The notes under the pieces were generated by a model. The model saw nothing but the letters and a program-made list of their open reading frames with translations. It was not told the DNA's origin and did no database searches. A program made the translations under genes and the position numbers. DNA of 64,000 bases from Scyliorhinus canicula (Eukaryota), in assembly GCF_902713615.1 (NCBI RefSeq), contig NC_052161.1, positions 11,381,171 to 11,445,170 of the forward strand, in the 5' to 3' direction. How positions within the stretch are numbered: the stretch's first letter is position 1; each line of letters starts with the position of its first letter. Below are positions 24,751-35,639 of the stretch, in pieces.

Positions 24751-25555
24751 TTATCTGCAGAGGCACAGGAAACGTCAGGGTAAAGTTTCAGGGTGCAGGG
24801 ATATTCAGTTATGTTGAAAAATATGTGAAAATAACTCTTGTCAGAAACTGGGATTAAAGGTTTAGATTTGATTTGTAAACTGTGCTGACCTCTCCCTTTA
24901 ATTCAAGCTTCAGGTTCTCTGACATACATTTGGTGTAATATTTGTCCATTCTTTACACATTTACTATGGTATTAGACAATCCACCATGCATTTAATGCTA
25001 ATAGCATGCATGTAACAAAGCATAGAATTTAATACAGCATCATAATTGCACTTCTACAATTTTCTTCCTCATGTACAGTAAGTGTCCATTTTAAGTTAAT
25101 TCATTCAACGGCAGTTTGCTTTAATGTGTTACAAGGTTGGTTTGCACATCGGGACTTCCTCTTTAGAGTCGTTTTCCGCTAGGGCCTCTGTAGTACCACA
25201 TGATCCGATCGCCGCCATTTTGGAGTGCGAGAGGACTTGCATTTGAGGCACCAGCAAAAAACCCCCAAGTGGTTTTGTGCAAACAATACCCATGCCAGAA
25301 GTGACCACAACTCTGCCCTCACTTGCTTTTCGTGTGGCCCATTCACTGACCCCTCTCCTTCTCACTGCCTCTCTCCAGCACGCCACCCCTCTCCCACTTA
25401 TCGTTTCCCTCTCCTCTCGCTCGCTTCCTCTCTGGGTCGTCACCCTATCCCGACCTCTTACACAGCAAGAGTGGGAGGGATGGAGAGGGAAGCAACGAGC
25501 AGGGAGGTCAGGAAGTACGGGAGAGTCAGGGATCAGAAGTGGTGGCCAAGACAAA

Positions 25556-25860
25556 GGGAAGGCGGTAGCACAGTGGTTAGCTCTGTTGATTCACAGCACC
25601 AGGGTCCCAGGTTCGATTCCCAGCTTGGGTCACTATCTGTGCGGAGTCTGAACATTTTCCCAATGTCTGCGTGGGTTTCCTCCAGGCGCTCCGGTTTCCT
25701 CCCTCAAGTCTAGAAAGACGTGCTGTTAGATCATTTAGACATTCTGAATTTTCCCTCAGTATACCCGAACAGGTGCCGGAATGTGGCGACTAGGGGATTT
25801 TCACAGTAACTTCATTGTAGTGTTAATGTAAACCTACTTGTGACACTAAAAGATTTTTAT
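25556..25860 (+). mobile_element. V-type SINE, alternative-tail family
   Basis: As for 11470. Confidence 0.75.
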
Positions 25861-26463
25861 AAAAAGTTTTCAGGAATGTAAATACAATGTTGAGAGGAAT
25901 TACTGTCCAAAAAATTATCTCAAAGTGCTTGACAAGAAAGAGAAACAAACTTCAGCACCAAGTAGGAAGGAATATGGAAAGTACGTGGAGGACATTGAAA
26001 AGGGATTGGGGATTTTTGGGTACAGCTTAGGCCATGCCATCAAAATATTGTCTGGAAATAATCATTTGGGAAGAGAACGAAATTAGGTTATTACAGGCGG
26101 ACAGTCACTATCCTGTTTTTTCTGGTTCTGACTGATCTGTGTTTCTAACATTTTATGTCTTTCATTTAGATTTTCAACATTTGTATCAGCCCCACTCTGA
26201 GACTGGACCAGAGTGTTTGGAACCATGACGTCCTAGACACGGAACAAAGCTTCCAACTCCTACTTCTACCTCTGTAACATCACATATCTGGCCCTGCCAC
26301 AGCTTATTTTCTTCTGAATGTCTCATTCACATGATCGGAGCCTGGCATTACATCCCGAGATGGAGAGATGAAGACATTCTTTAGGTCCAGAATAAGCCCA
26401 GGTGACCATATTTTAATCAATTAAGTTTCGGCATGTGAGAATGACCACATAGCAAATACTCAC

Positions 26464-26484
26464 TTTTTCTGTATAGCTTCCTGT
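26464..26484 (-). CDS. BORCS7: BORCS7 exon 4, 21-nt micro-exon (QEAIQK)
   Basis: tttcacAG|A CAG GAA GCT ATA CAG AAA AA|GTgagt; phases fit exons 3 and 5; matches human QEAIQKN. Confidence 0.9.
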
Positions 26485-26588
26485 CTGTGAAAGAGGAAAA
26501 GCTTAGGATTACTTAAATAAATGTAGTTTCTCCACAGACATAGAACAGATATTTTACCAAAAGCAGCATTTTCTATATTAAGAAAATA

Positions 26589-26739
26589 GGCCTGGATTCT
26601 CCGTCCCCACCGAGCCACATTTCCGTTTCACCCTGCTGGCCGGTCAATGGGGTTTCCCATTGTGGGGCTGCCCCATGCCGTAGGGAAACCCCCGGGCTGC
26701 CGGCAAAATGGAGCATCCCGCCGGCGGATAATCCAGCCC
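26589..26739. mobile_element. 151-bp MITE, PIF/Harbinger-type
   Basis: TIRs GGCCTGGATTCTCC / GGATAATCCAGCCC; 3-bp TSD ATA on both sides. Confidence 0.75.
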
Positions 26740-26805
26740 ATAATTTCAGTGAACCATTTTCCGATGTTAAGTTTGAGAATCACAAACAGGAACCTTAAAC
26801 AAAGC

Positions 26806-28224
26806 TTACTACTGGGCGGCGAATGTGGAGAAGGTGCGGTGCGGAGCTGGGTCAGAGGGGATGAATCGCAATGGGTCAGAATAGAGGAGAGTTTGTGCAG
26901 GGGGTCGGGATTGAAAGCACTAGCAACAGCGCCGCTCCCGATAGCCCCGGGGAAATACTCAGGGATTCCGGTAATAATAGCCTCATTGAGAATTTGGAGG
27001 CAGTTTCGCCAACACTTCGGATTGGGGGCAGGGTCAAGGGAAATGCCGATTCGGGGGAACCACAGATTTGAGCCAGGGAGGTGAGATGGAAATTTTCGGA
27101 AATGGGAGGAGAAGGGGATTAAGACACTACAAGATTTGTTTCTTAGGGGTCAGTTTGCAGGATTGAAGGAGCTGGAAGCGAAGCCTGGGCTGAAGCAGGG
27201 AGAAATGTTTAGATACATGCAGGTTCAAGATTTTGCCAGAAGGGAGATACAGAGCTTCCCGGTGGAGCCGGTCTCCACATTGCTGGAGATGGTGCTGACG
27301 ACAGGGGGACTGGAGAAGGGGGTAGTGTCGGCGGTTTATGGAGCTATTGTGGAAGAGGAGAAGGCACCACTGGAAGGTATCAAAGCAAAGTGAGAGGAAG
27401 AGTTGGGAGAGGATATGGAGGGGGGGTTCTGGTGTGAGGTGCTCCGTAGAGTGAATGCCTCCACCTCGTGTGCGAGGTTGGGGCTGATACAGCTGAAGGT
27501 GGTCACACCTCACTAGGGCGAGGATGAGCTGATTCTTTGAAGGAGTAGAAGATGTGTGTGAATGTTGCCGGGGGGGGGGGGGGGGGGGGGGGGCTAATCA
27601 CGCTCATATGTTTTGGTCCTGTCCAAAGCTAGGGGATTACTGGAAGCAGGTTTTTTAAGGGTAATTTCTAAAATGGTGCACATGAAACTGGACCCGGGCG
27701 GCCATATGCGGGGTGTCGGACCAGACACGGTTGGAAACGGCGCGGAGGCAGATATCGTAGCCTTCGCCTTGTTGATCGCCCAAAGGCGGATCCTGATGGG
27801 TTGGAGAGCAACCTCTCCACCCTGTGCCCTGGCGTGGCGGGGGGGACCTGTTGGAATTCTTGACTCTTAAGAAGGTTAAGTTTGAACAGAGGGGAAGGAT
27901 GGAGGGGTTCTACAAATCATGGGCATTATTCATTATGAACTTTCAAAAACTGGATAACATCGAACATTAGTTGGGGAGTGTGGGTGGGAGGGTTGGGGGG
28001 AAGGGGGGCTGTGTGTGTTAATGGTGACTATGGGTGATCCCTAATTCCTTTTTGTCATTTGTTTATGTGAACATGCGGGCTAATGTTTGGGGGTTTGGTG
28101 GGAGGACGGGATCGTTGTTATTGATATGGGGATTGACATATCTGTTACTGATTATTGTGTATTGTTGGTGGGTGTAAATTTGGGAGAAAATGTGAAAAAG
28201 GAGAATAAAAAATATTTTAAAAAA
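26806..28224 (+). mobile_element. 5'-truncated L1-clade LINE (older subfamily)
   Basis: Similar to the 14308 element (YYWAA, GNHRF, FRYMQV); AATAAA and A-tail; imperfect 15-bp TSD AACCTTAAACAAAGC / AAACTTAAACCAAGC. Confidence 0.85.
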
Positions 28225-28851
28225 AAACTTAAACCAAGCCAATTACATAGGTATGAGGAGCTTATCCTGGAGGACAACTTTGATGGACCCTCCTTCAGCA
28301 ACAAGCATGTGCGGAGAGCAAAATGACTATCTTTCAGGAGGGTCCCAATAAGGCCAATCTTGTAGCGCATGGAGCAAGAGGAACCCCAAAGCATAAATTG
28401 ATCAGTGAAGGTAGGTTTGGGGGAAGACAGAGAACCCATTAGCAAATTTCTCAAGGAAAGTACTGACTGTACTCAACAATCCATGCTTACAAAACTCAGA
28501 ACATAACTCACAACATTAGATGTTAATATTTGCGCAGCCTGAAGGAAGATAGGCAGGGCTGGAACATTGCATACTCTTGAGTTAATAATATATGTACTGT
28601 TTCCAAATATTATTCAAACTAAATGATTTCCTCTTCCCTAATCCTTATTACCATGAACATTTTTACAATCCATTTCTCTTGCAAAGGTAAATTTCCCAAA
28701 TTTTCTTTTTATATTTTCTCCACTGCTCCTGCGTTCCTGAACATTATTGCCAGAGGGAGCTCAGAACCGCGATTCCTGATACTGAAATAATTTAAGAAAT
28801 TCTTAAAATATTGGACAGGAGAAAGAAAGATGATAAAGGAGTGGCACTTAC

Positions 28852-28895
28852 TGGTACTGCAAATGTGTTGTTATAATTGACATTTTGCGTAGGCT
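28852..28895 (-). CDS. BORCS7: BORCS7 exon 3 (SLRKMSIITTHLQY)
   Basis: caacAG|...CA|GTaagt; matches human SLRKMAIITTHLQYQ. Confidence 0.95.
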
Positions 28896-29297
28896 CTGTT
28901 GAAAACAATGATGAACACATTAATATTGTGAAGACATGAGATAATCAACAAAGAGCCTGCGATGACGGCATTACTTCCTGAAAAGTCAGAGGAGTACATC
29001 CCAGTGTCCTGGCCAATATTTATCCCTTAACCAACATCACTGAACACATATTACTTGATCACTAGCATTCTGTTGTACATTGCAACATCCATAAAGTACT
29101 TCAGTGGCTATAAAGCGATTTGAGAACTCCAGAGGATTGGAAAGGGGCCATATTAGTGCAGTTTTTTATTTCTTATACAATTTCCGACCTACAGTATTAA
29201 AAAAAAATCAGTTTTTCTCCGAGGTGTATTTTTTTTTATAAGTAAATGGTTTATTTTATATCCACCAATCCTTATATCACTTGCACGTGCACAATTT

Positions 29298-29529
29298 GTT
29301 TTTTTTATAAATTTAGCAAACCCAATTCTTCTTTTTCCCAAATTAAGGGGCAATTTAGCGTGGCCAATCCACTTACCCTGCCCACCTTTTTGGGTTGTGG
29401 GGGTGAGACCCACGCAGACATAGGGAGAATGTGCAAACTCCACACGGACAGTGACCCGGGGCCGGGATTGAACCCGGGTCCTCGGCGCCATGAGGCAGCA
29501 GGGTTACCATTGCGCCACCGTGCTGTCCC
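29298..29529 (-). mobile_element. Poly(A)-tailed V-type SINE
   Basis: T-run at the left end; imperfect TSD CACGTGCACAA / CATGTGCACAA. Confidence 0.8.
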
Positions 29530-30001
29530 ACATGTGCACAAATATTGACACACTCCCAGGGACTCTGGGTGTACCTACACCTCAGGGAGTGCAGCGGTTC
29601 AAGAAGGCAGCTCACCACCACCTCAAGGACAACTAGGAATGGTCAATAAATGCTGACCGCCACATCGCGTGAATGGATAAAAAATATATGGACAGTCTCT
29701 GGGGATTGTGAACAACATCGGGAAGGACTTTTTCAGTTGATAATTTCATTGGTTTACTGCAGGCATATAGCAGGCAAGCCCTCGAAAATCTGATCAGTTT
29801 ATGGGTCCCACTTTGACAACCAGGAGAATAGTGAGGTGACGTTCCACTCCTCCTTTCCTATCATTCCTTACCCCACCTTGCTAATGAAAGACCAAGGTTA
29901 CTGAGGTTATCAGTGGATTGTAATCAACAGCAATCTGATCATTTATATTCCAAATGAGAATATACCAAAACACCTTAAAAGCCAATGACGTGTAGTCACT
30001 G

Positions 30002-30750
30002 AACAAAGAACAAAAAGAACAAAGAAAAGTACAGCACAGGAACAGGCCCTTCGGTCCTCCAAACCCGTGCTGCCCGTCTAAACTAAAATCTTCCACACTT
30101 CCTGGGTCCGTATCCCTCTATTCCCATCCTATTCATGTATTTGTCAAGATGCCCCTTAAACGTCACTATCGCCCCTGCTTCCACCACCTCCTCCGGTAGC
30201 GGGTTCCAGGCACCCACTACACTCTGTGTAAAAAAACTTGCCTCGTACATCTCCTCTAAACCTTGCCCCTCGCACCTTAAACCTATGCCCCCTAGTAATT
30301 GACCCCTCTATCCTGGGGAAAAGCCTCTGACTATCCACTCTGTCTATGCCCCTCATAATTTTGTAGACCTCTATCAGGTCGCCCCTCCACCTCCGTCGTT
30401 CCAGTGAGAAGAAGCCGAGTTTATTCAACCGCTCCTCATAGCCAATGCCCTCCATACCAGGCAACATCCTGGTAAATCTCTTCTGTACCCTCTCTAAAGC
30501 CTCCACATCCTTCTGGTAGTGTGACGACCAGAATTGAACACAATACTCCAATTGTGGCCTAACTAAGGTTTTATACAGCTGCAACATGGCTTGCCAATTC
30601 TTATACTCAATGCCCCGGCCAATGAAGGCAAGCATGCCGTATTCCTTCTTGACTACCTTCTCCACCTGTGTTGCCCCTTTCAGTGAACTGTGGACCTGTA
30701 CACCTAGATCTCTCTGCCTGTAAATACTCTTGAGAGTTCTACCATTCACT
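30002..30750 (-). mobile_element. CR1 LINE 3' fragment
   Basis: ORF 30156-30809: RDLGVQVH, LVRPQLEYCVQFW, RGDLIEVYKI. Confidence 0.88.
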
Positions 30751-31213
30751 GCTGTAAGGTTAACAGCCAATTTGCGCACAGCAAACTCCCATAAACCGCA
30801 ACGTGCCAATGATCAGATGATCTGTTTTACTGATAATGGTTGTGGGGAAAATATTGTTCAGAACACTGGGGAGAGCCCTGCTTTCACTTATACCCACGTC
30901 TGAAGGTAGATAGGGCCTCAGTTTAAAACTGCATCCAAAAGATAGCACCTGCGACAGTGCTGTAATCCTTCAGCGCTGCACTGGGAATTTCAGCCTAGGT
31001 TTCATGTTTAAGTCTCTGGAGAGAAACCTGAAACCTGTGACTCAGAGGCAAGACGGTGCCAACGCTTATATTGCTGCTGTGGTTTCTGACAACTATGTCG
31101 TCAGATGTTGTGCTCTGGGAACCGGCTGCGAGGTGAGCAGCAATAAACGTGACGGTTATTACAGGAGCATTTCAGCGCTTTGGTAAATGCGCTATCAGGG
31201 GTGAAGTACTCAC

Positions 31214-31276
31214 ATCCTCAGAGTGTAGTATAGAGTCCTCCTGCATCACCATGTTTCGAGCTGCCTGGCCAAGGAG
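31214..31276 (-). CDS. BORCS7: BORCS7 exon 2 (LLGQAARNMVMQEDSILHSED)
   Basis: ttccAG|...GAT|GTgagt; matches human LLGQAARNMVLQEDAILHSED. Confidence 0.96.
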
Positions 31277-31794
31277 CTGGAACGGGGGGAAAAAAACATC
31301 AAAATTTACTCCCTAAAATACTGAACACTGTGGCGATTTTGTAAAGTGCATTGCCAAATAGGAATATTTCCATTACAGAAGCTTTCCATTTGTGGTAACT
31401 TTAACTGATGTTGATTTGAAAGGAGAGAATGCTAGTGGAGCTGTATATCAAACTAGAGAGGGACTAAAAAAAAAAGAGGTGCATTTAGAGAAGTGCCTTT
31501 CACACATTCAGGACATCTCCAAAAGTAATTCAGTGGCTGTGAAACACGTGATATGCTTTCACCACCATTATGAAGACAAATATGGCGGCCATGTCACCCA
31601 CATCAAAATTGCACAAAGATGAAAAGCTAAGTGACCAGAATCTGTTTCAGTGATGGCTGACAGACAACAGCTGGCCAAGACACTTAATTTTCCTTTGAAT
31701 ATCGGCACATGATTTTTACATCCACCTGAGGGGACATCAGTTTTATATCGCGTCAGAAAGAAAATATCTCAGACTGTGCAGCACTCCCTCAGCA

Positions 31795-32405
31795 CTCACA
31801 ACAGCGCCTATACTTCCTCAGGAAACTAAGGAAATTCGGCATGTCCACATTAACCCTTACCAACTTTTACAGATGCACTATAGAGAGCATCCTATCCGGC
31901 TGCATCACAGCCTGGTATGGCAACTGCTCGGCCCAGGACCACAAGCAACTTCAGAGTCGTGAATACCGCCCAGTCCATCACACAAACCTGCCTCCCATCC
32001 ATGGACTCCATCTACACCTCCCGCTGCCGGGGGAAAACGGGCAGCATAATCAAAGACCCCTCCCACCCGGATTACTCATTCTTCCAACTTATTCCATCGG
32101 GCAGGAGATACAGAAGTCTGAGAACACGCACGAACAGACATAAAAACCGCTTCTTCCCCACTGTCACCAGACTCCTAAATGACCCTCTTATGAACTGACC
32201 TCATAAACAATACACCCTGTATGTTGCATCTGATGCCAGTGCTTATGTAGTTACATTGTATATCTTGTGTTGCCTTATTATATATTTTCTTTTATTCCCT
32301 TTTCTTCCCATGTACTTAATGATCTGTTGAGCTGCTTGCAGAAAAATACTTTTCACTGTACCTCAGTACACGTGACAATAAACAAATCCAATCCAATCCA
32401 ATCCA
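31795..32405 (+). mobile_element. Rex1/Babar-like LINE 3' fragment with (AATCC)n tail
   Basis: LTNFYRCTIESILSGCITAWYG, DPSHP, PSGRRYRS; the same tail is at about 13240-13340. Confidence 0.7.
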
Positions 32406-33074
32406 GTACTGCAGCGAAATCTGCCTCGATTGTGTACTCAGGAGTGGAGTTTGAGTCCAGTGGCTCAGAGGCCAGAGTTCTGTCAAATTGACACTTAGCA
32501 AATGACGATGAGACAAGATCTGCGGAGGGCAGCAAGCAGAAAACCCACAGGCCAAAATAAAAGATATTTATATTCAACAACAACTTAAGAGGAAAGCTAA
32601 TTTTTCAGCCAGAATAAACCATTATGGATACAACAGCCTTGAAACACAAAGTGCAGTTTCTGAACAGAGAGTTCTCTACCTTGGCTACACTATCAAGATA
32701 AGGGCACAAACGACTATAATTCCCCAAACTAAACACATTGTACCTACGAAAATACAAAACAAAGAGCATGACATAATCTACTAAAAAAACAAGTCATAAA
32801 TCAATACACTTTTAACCCTGTGCCAAAATGCTTTGTACTTAATGGCCTTAATTCATTCCATCAAATTCTTCCCACTACTACCATGAACACCTACACAAGT
32901 ATTTAATACCTGCAGCTGTAAATTCTATCTCCAGATACATGCCAACGGAAAATCGAGAACTGTACTAGGCAGTTTCAAAGTTCTGGATTTTTTAGTGTAT
33001 GTGGTAATCACTAAGCCAGGCGACAGCCTCCGCAGTGGCTACGTGGAGCTCTCCGAGCCCTCTGCGGAGTTTTG

Positions 33075-33362
33075 TCGATTCCCGGCTGGGTCACTGTCTG
33101 TGTGGAGTCTGCACGTCCTCCCCGTGTGTGCGTGGGTTTCCTCCGGGTGCTCCGGTTTCCTCCCACAGTCCAAAGATGTGCGGGTTAGGTGGATTGGCCA
33201 GGCTAAATTGCCCGTAGTGTCCTAAAAAGTAAGGTTAAGGGGGGGGGGTTGTTGGGTTACGGGTATAGGGTGGATACGTGGGTTTGAGTAGGGTGATCAT
33301 TGCTCGGCACAACATCGAGGGCCGAAGGGCCTGTTCTGTGCTGTACTGTTCTATGTTCTATG
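33075..33362 (+). mobile_element. 5'-truncated HE1/V-type SINE
   Basis: Core plus GGGCCGAAGGGCCTGTTCTGTGCTGTACTGTTCTATG tail. Confidence 0.8.
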
Positions 33363-34152
33363 AAGCAGTCTTTAGTGATGTGAGTCATTGATTGGGGTGC
33401 ACCACAGCTGGAGTTTGGATTCTCTGTGAGGCCTACTTGTGCCAATTTGCTGCACAAAGGCCTTGGCCAGTGCGGGAACAGTTGAGTGCCCAGTGTTGGT
33501 GCGGCAAATTGAAGCCGGGTGGGCGGCTGTGGGATCGGAGATGAACAAGTGGATTTTAATGGTAGTGTGTTGGTTCCATTCCTGCCGCCACAGGGCTCTT
33601 GCTGCTATTCCTCTTAGCCATACAGGCTGGTGTGATGGGAGGCGAGCAGCGGGTGGATTGATAAGGTCCTTGTGTAGCGGCAGGCTTGGGTTGTAGACCT
33701 TCTCCAGGAGCTCTCTTGTTGCAATCTCCTTTGTGTGAGGGGAGTTGAGTTGGCAGGAGGGTAGCCGAGGCGATACAGAGTGTTGTGTTGAGCTGGGTAT
33801 CTACAAGGCTGGTATGGGATGAGATGTCCCAGACTGGTACACTGCGCTCTACAGTCGAGTAGACGATGGCAAGAGCCGAGATCCTTAAGGTTTGAGCATC
33901 TCCACCCAAGAAAAGCCAGCAAGTTTGCCGAGGAGGTGGTTTTGTTTTGATCTTTGCTACACTACACAACAATATTGCAAAGCTGGCCAACGGCACCTTC
34001 AGCAGCAACAGTCTCAAAGTATATTCCACCTCCACAATACCAGCGCATGAGTGAACTCAACATCTTGAGACTGAATCACATACCACACCCAGTTTATCTT
34101 GGTGTCACCCTTGATCGAATACTGACATTCAAAACCAAGACAGCAGCAAAAT
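33363..34152 (-). mobile_element. Decayed RTE-like LINE with an inverted 5' segment
   Basis: Minus strand: KLAG, TLRISALA, VPVW, VDTQLN (left of about 33950). Plus strand: FHLHN, HPVYLGVTLDRILTFK (about 33950-34152). Confidence 0.65.
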
Positions 34153-35377
34153 TCGGATTGACACATGAGTGCAGAGTGCATACCTCGACTACACTGTATC
34201 AACTCAACGTTATTACAAATGCAGCTCTTCCTTGAGACTTTTTAGTGCCTGGTTGATGCTCTGGAACTACAAAGCTGAAAAAACAAATCTCTTTTTATAT
34301 AAAGAGCTTCCATCTCACAGAGGAAGCAGCAGGCCAATCCATAATCGAACAACCTGCTCCGAAAACTCTGCTCACAGTTTGACATCGGAGACAAATTCCA
34401 CCACAGTAGCTGCAACAATCTATGACATTCTACAACAACCCATGCTATTCAAAAAGTGTCAGCTCACCCTATCTGACAATGTTAACGGATCCTTTTAAAA
34501 AAATTCTAGGACCCAGACACGTAGCCAAAAAATAGTCAGCCCTTCCTTGGATCATACCCTATCTGTATATCAAGTTTAATTAAAATCTATCATTCATTTT
34601 TGAGATATATTCCTTACAGACAAACAGGGGCAAAAATTTCATCTCTGCTTCAGTGATTTTTCTTTTGCTTCAGGGGCAAATATCACTTTTCCCACCAGTT
34701 CATTTGGTGACAATACTCAATATCTGGTTTAGCTCAGTGGGCTATGCAGCTGGTTTGTGATGCAGAACAAGGCCAGCAGCGCGGGTTCAATTCCCGTACC
34801 AGCTTACTCGAACAGGCAGCGGAATGTGGCGACTAGGGGCTTTTCACAGTAACTTCATACTTGTGACAATAAAAGGTTATTACATCCTCAAACCAAACAG
34901 GTTTTCAGAAATATAGAAAACTATTATTTTATAGAATTCAACACCCACTCCTAAATAACACAAACAGAGCACAAAACGTTTCCACAATGCATTTTGCATC
35001 AGTATTGACATTTGTTCTTGAATATGCTGTGAATCAAAGCAGCAAGTCACATCCATTCATTGAAAGAACAACCAGTACAGCATCACATCTTTCATGAACG
35101 TCACACTTTACATACAATGGAGTATTTTGGCATGCGGTAAACGTTCAGCACTGAAGCAGGGCTGCACTGCCAGGAAAAGCTCAGTAATTCTTTCCCCAAG
35201 CTTCTCCACCGCTTTCATTCTTCAAGAAGCTCCTTAAAACCTACAGCATTGACCAAGCTTACAGCCATTTGCCCCGATTACAGGAACCCCACGAGCAGCC
35301 GAGAAATCGCAGGAGCGGTTCACAGGGCAGAATCTAAGGTACATTCTGTTAAGGAGCGGAGCGGAGACGAGTGGTTG

Positions 35378-35531
35378 GACCTGCTTACCTTCCCAAGATG
35401 CTGTCTGTCCAGCATCCTGGGAAGGTAAGCGGGGAGTTTAAAAATCTAGCTCGGGGACGCGGCCCTCCTTTTCAGGAGCGTAGTGAAGGCGAACGGTTGG
35501 ACAGACAGCATCTTGGGAAGGTAAGCAGGTC
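35378..35531. repeat. Perfect 34-bp inverted repeat with a third partial arm
   Basis: 35378-35411 is the reverse complement of 35498-35531; 35383-35403 also pairs with 35410-35430 (one mismatch). Confidence 0.9.
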
Positions 35532-35639
35532 AACGGTGAATCTGAGGTTAGACTGGGGAGAAACTGAAGAGGGACGTCACAAGAGGGCTGTGATTAGATT
35601 GGCCAAGAGAGGACCTGCTGGTAAGTAGTGGTGATAAGT

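Noticed and set aside
25129-25713. Overlapping 124-162-aa ORFs and a YY1-like GCCGCCATTTTG near 25211
   Set aside because: No recognisable homology or exon structure; it lies in BORCS7 intron 4 and is probably an unclassified repeat remnant.
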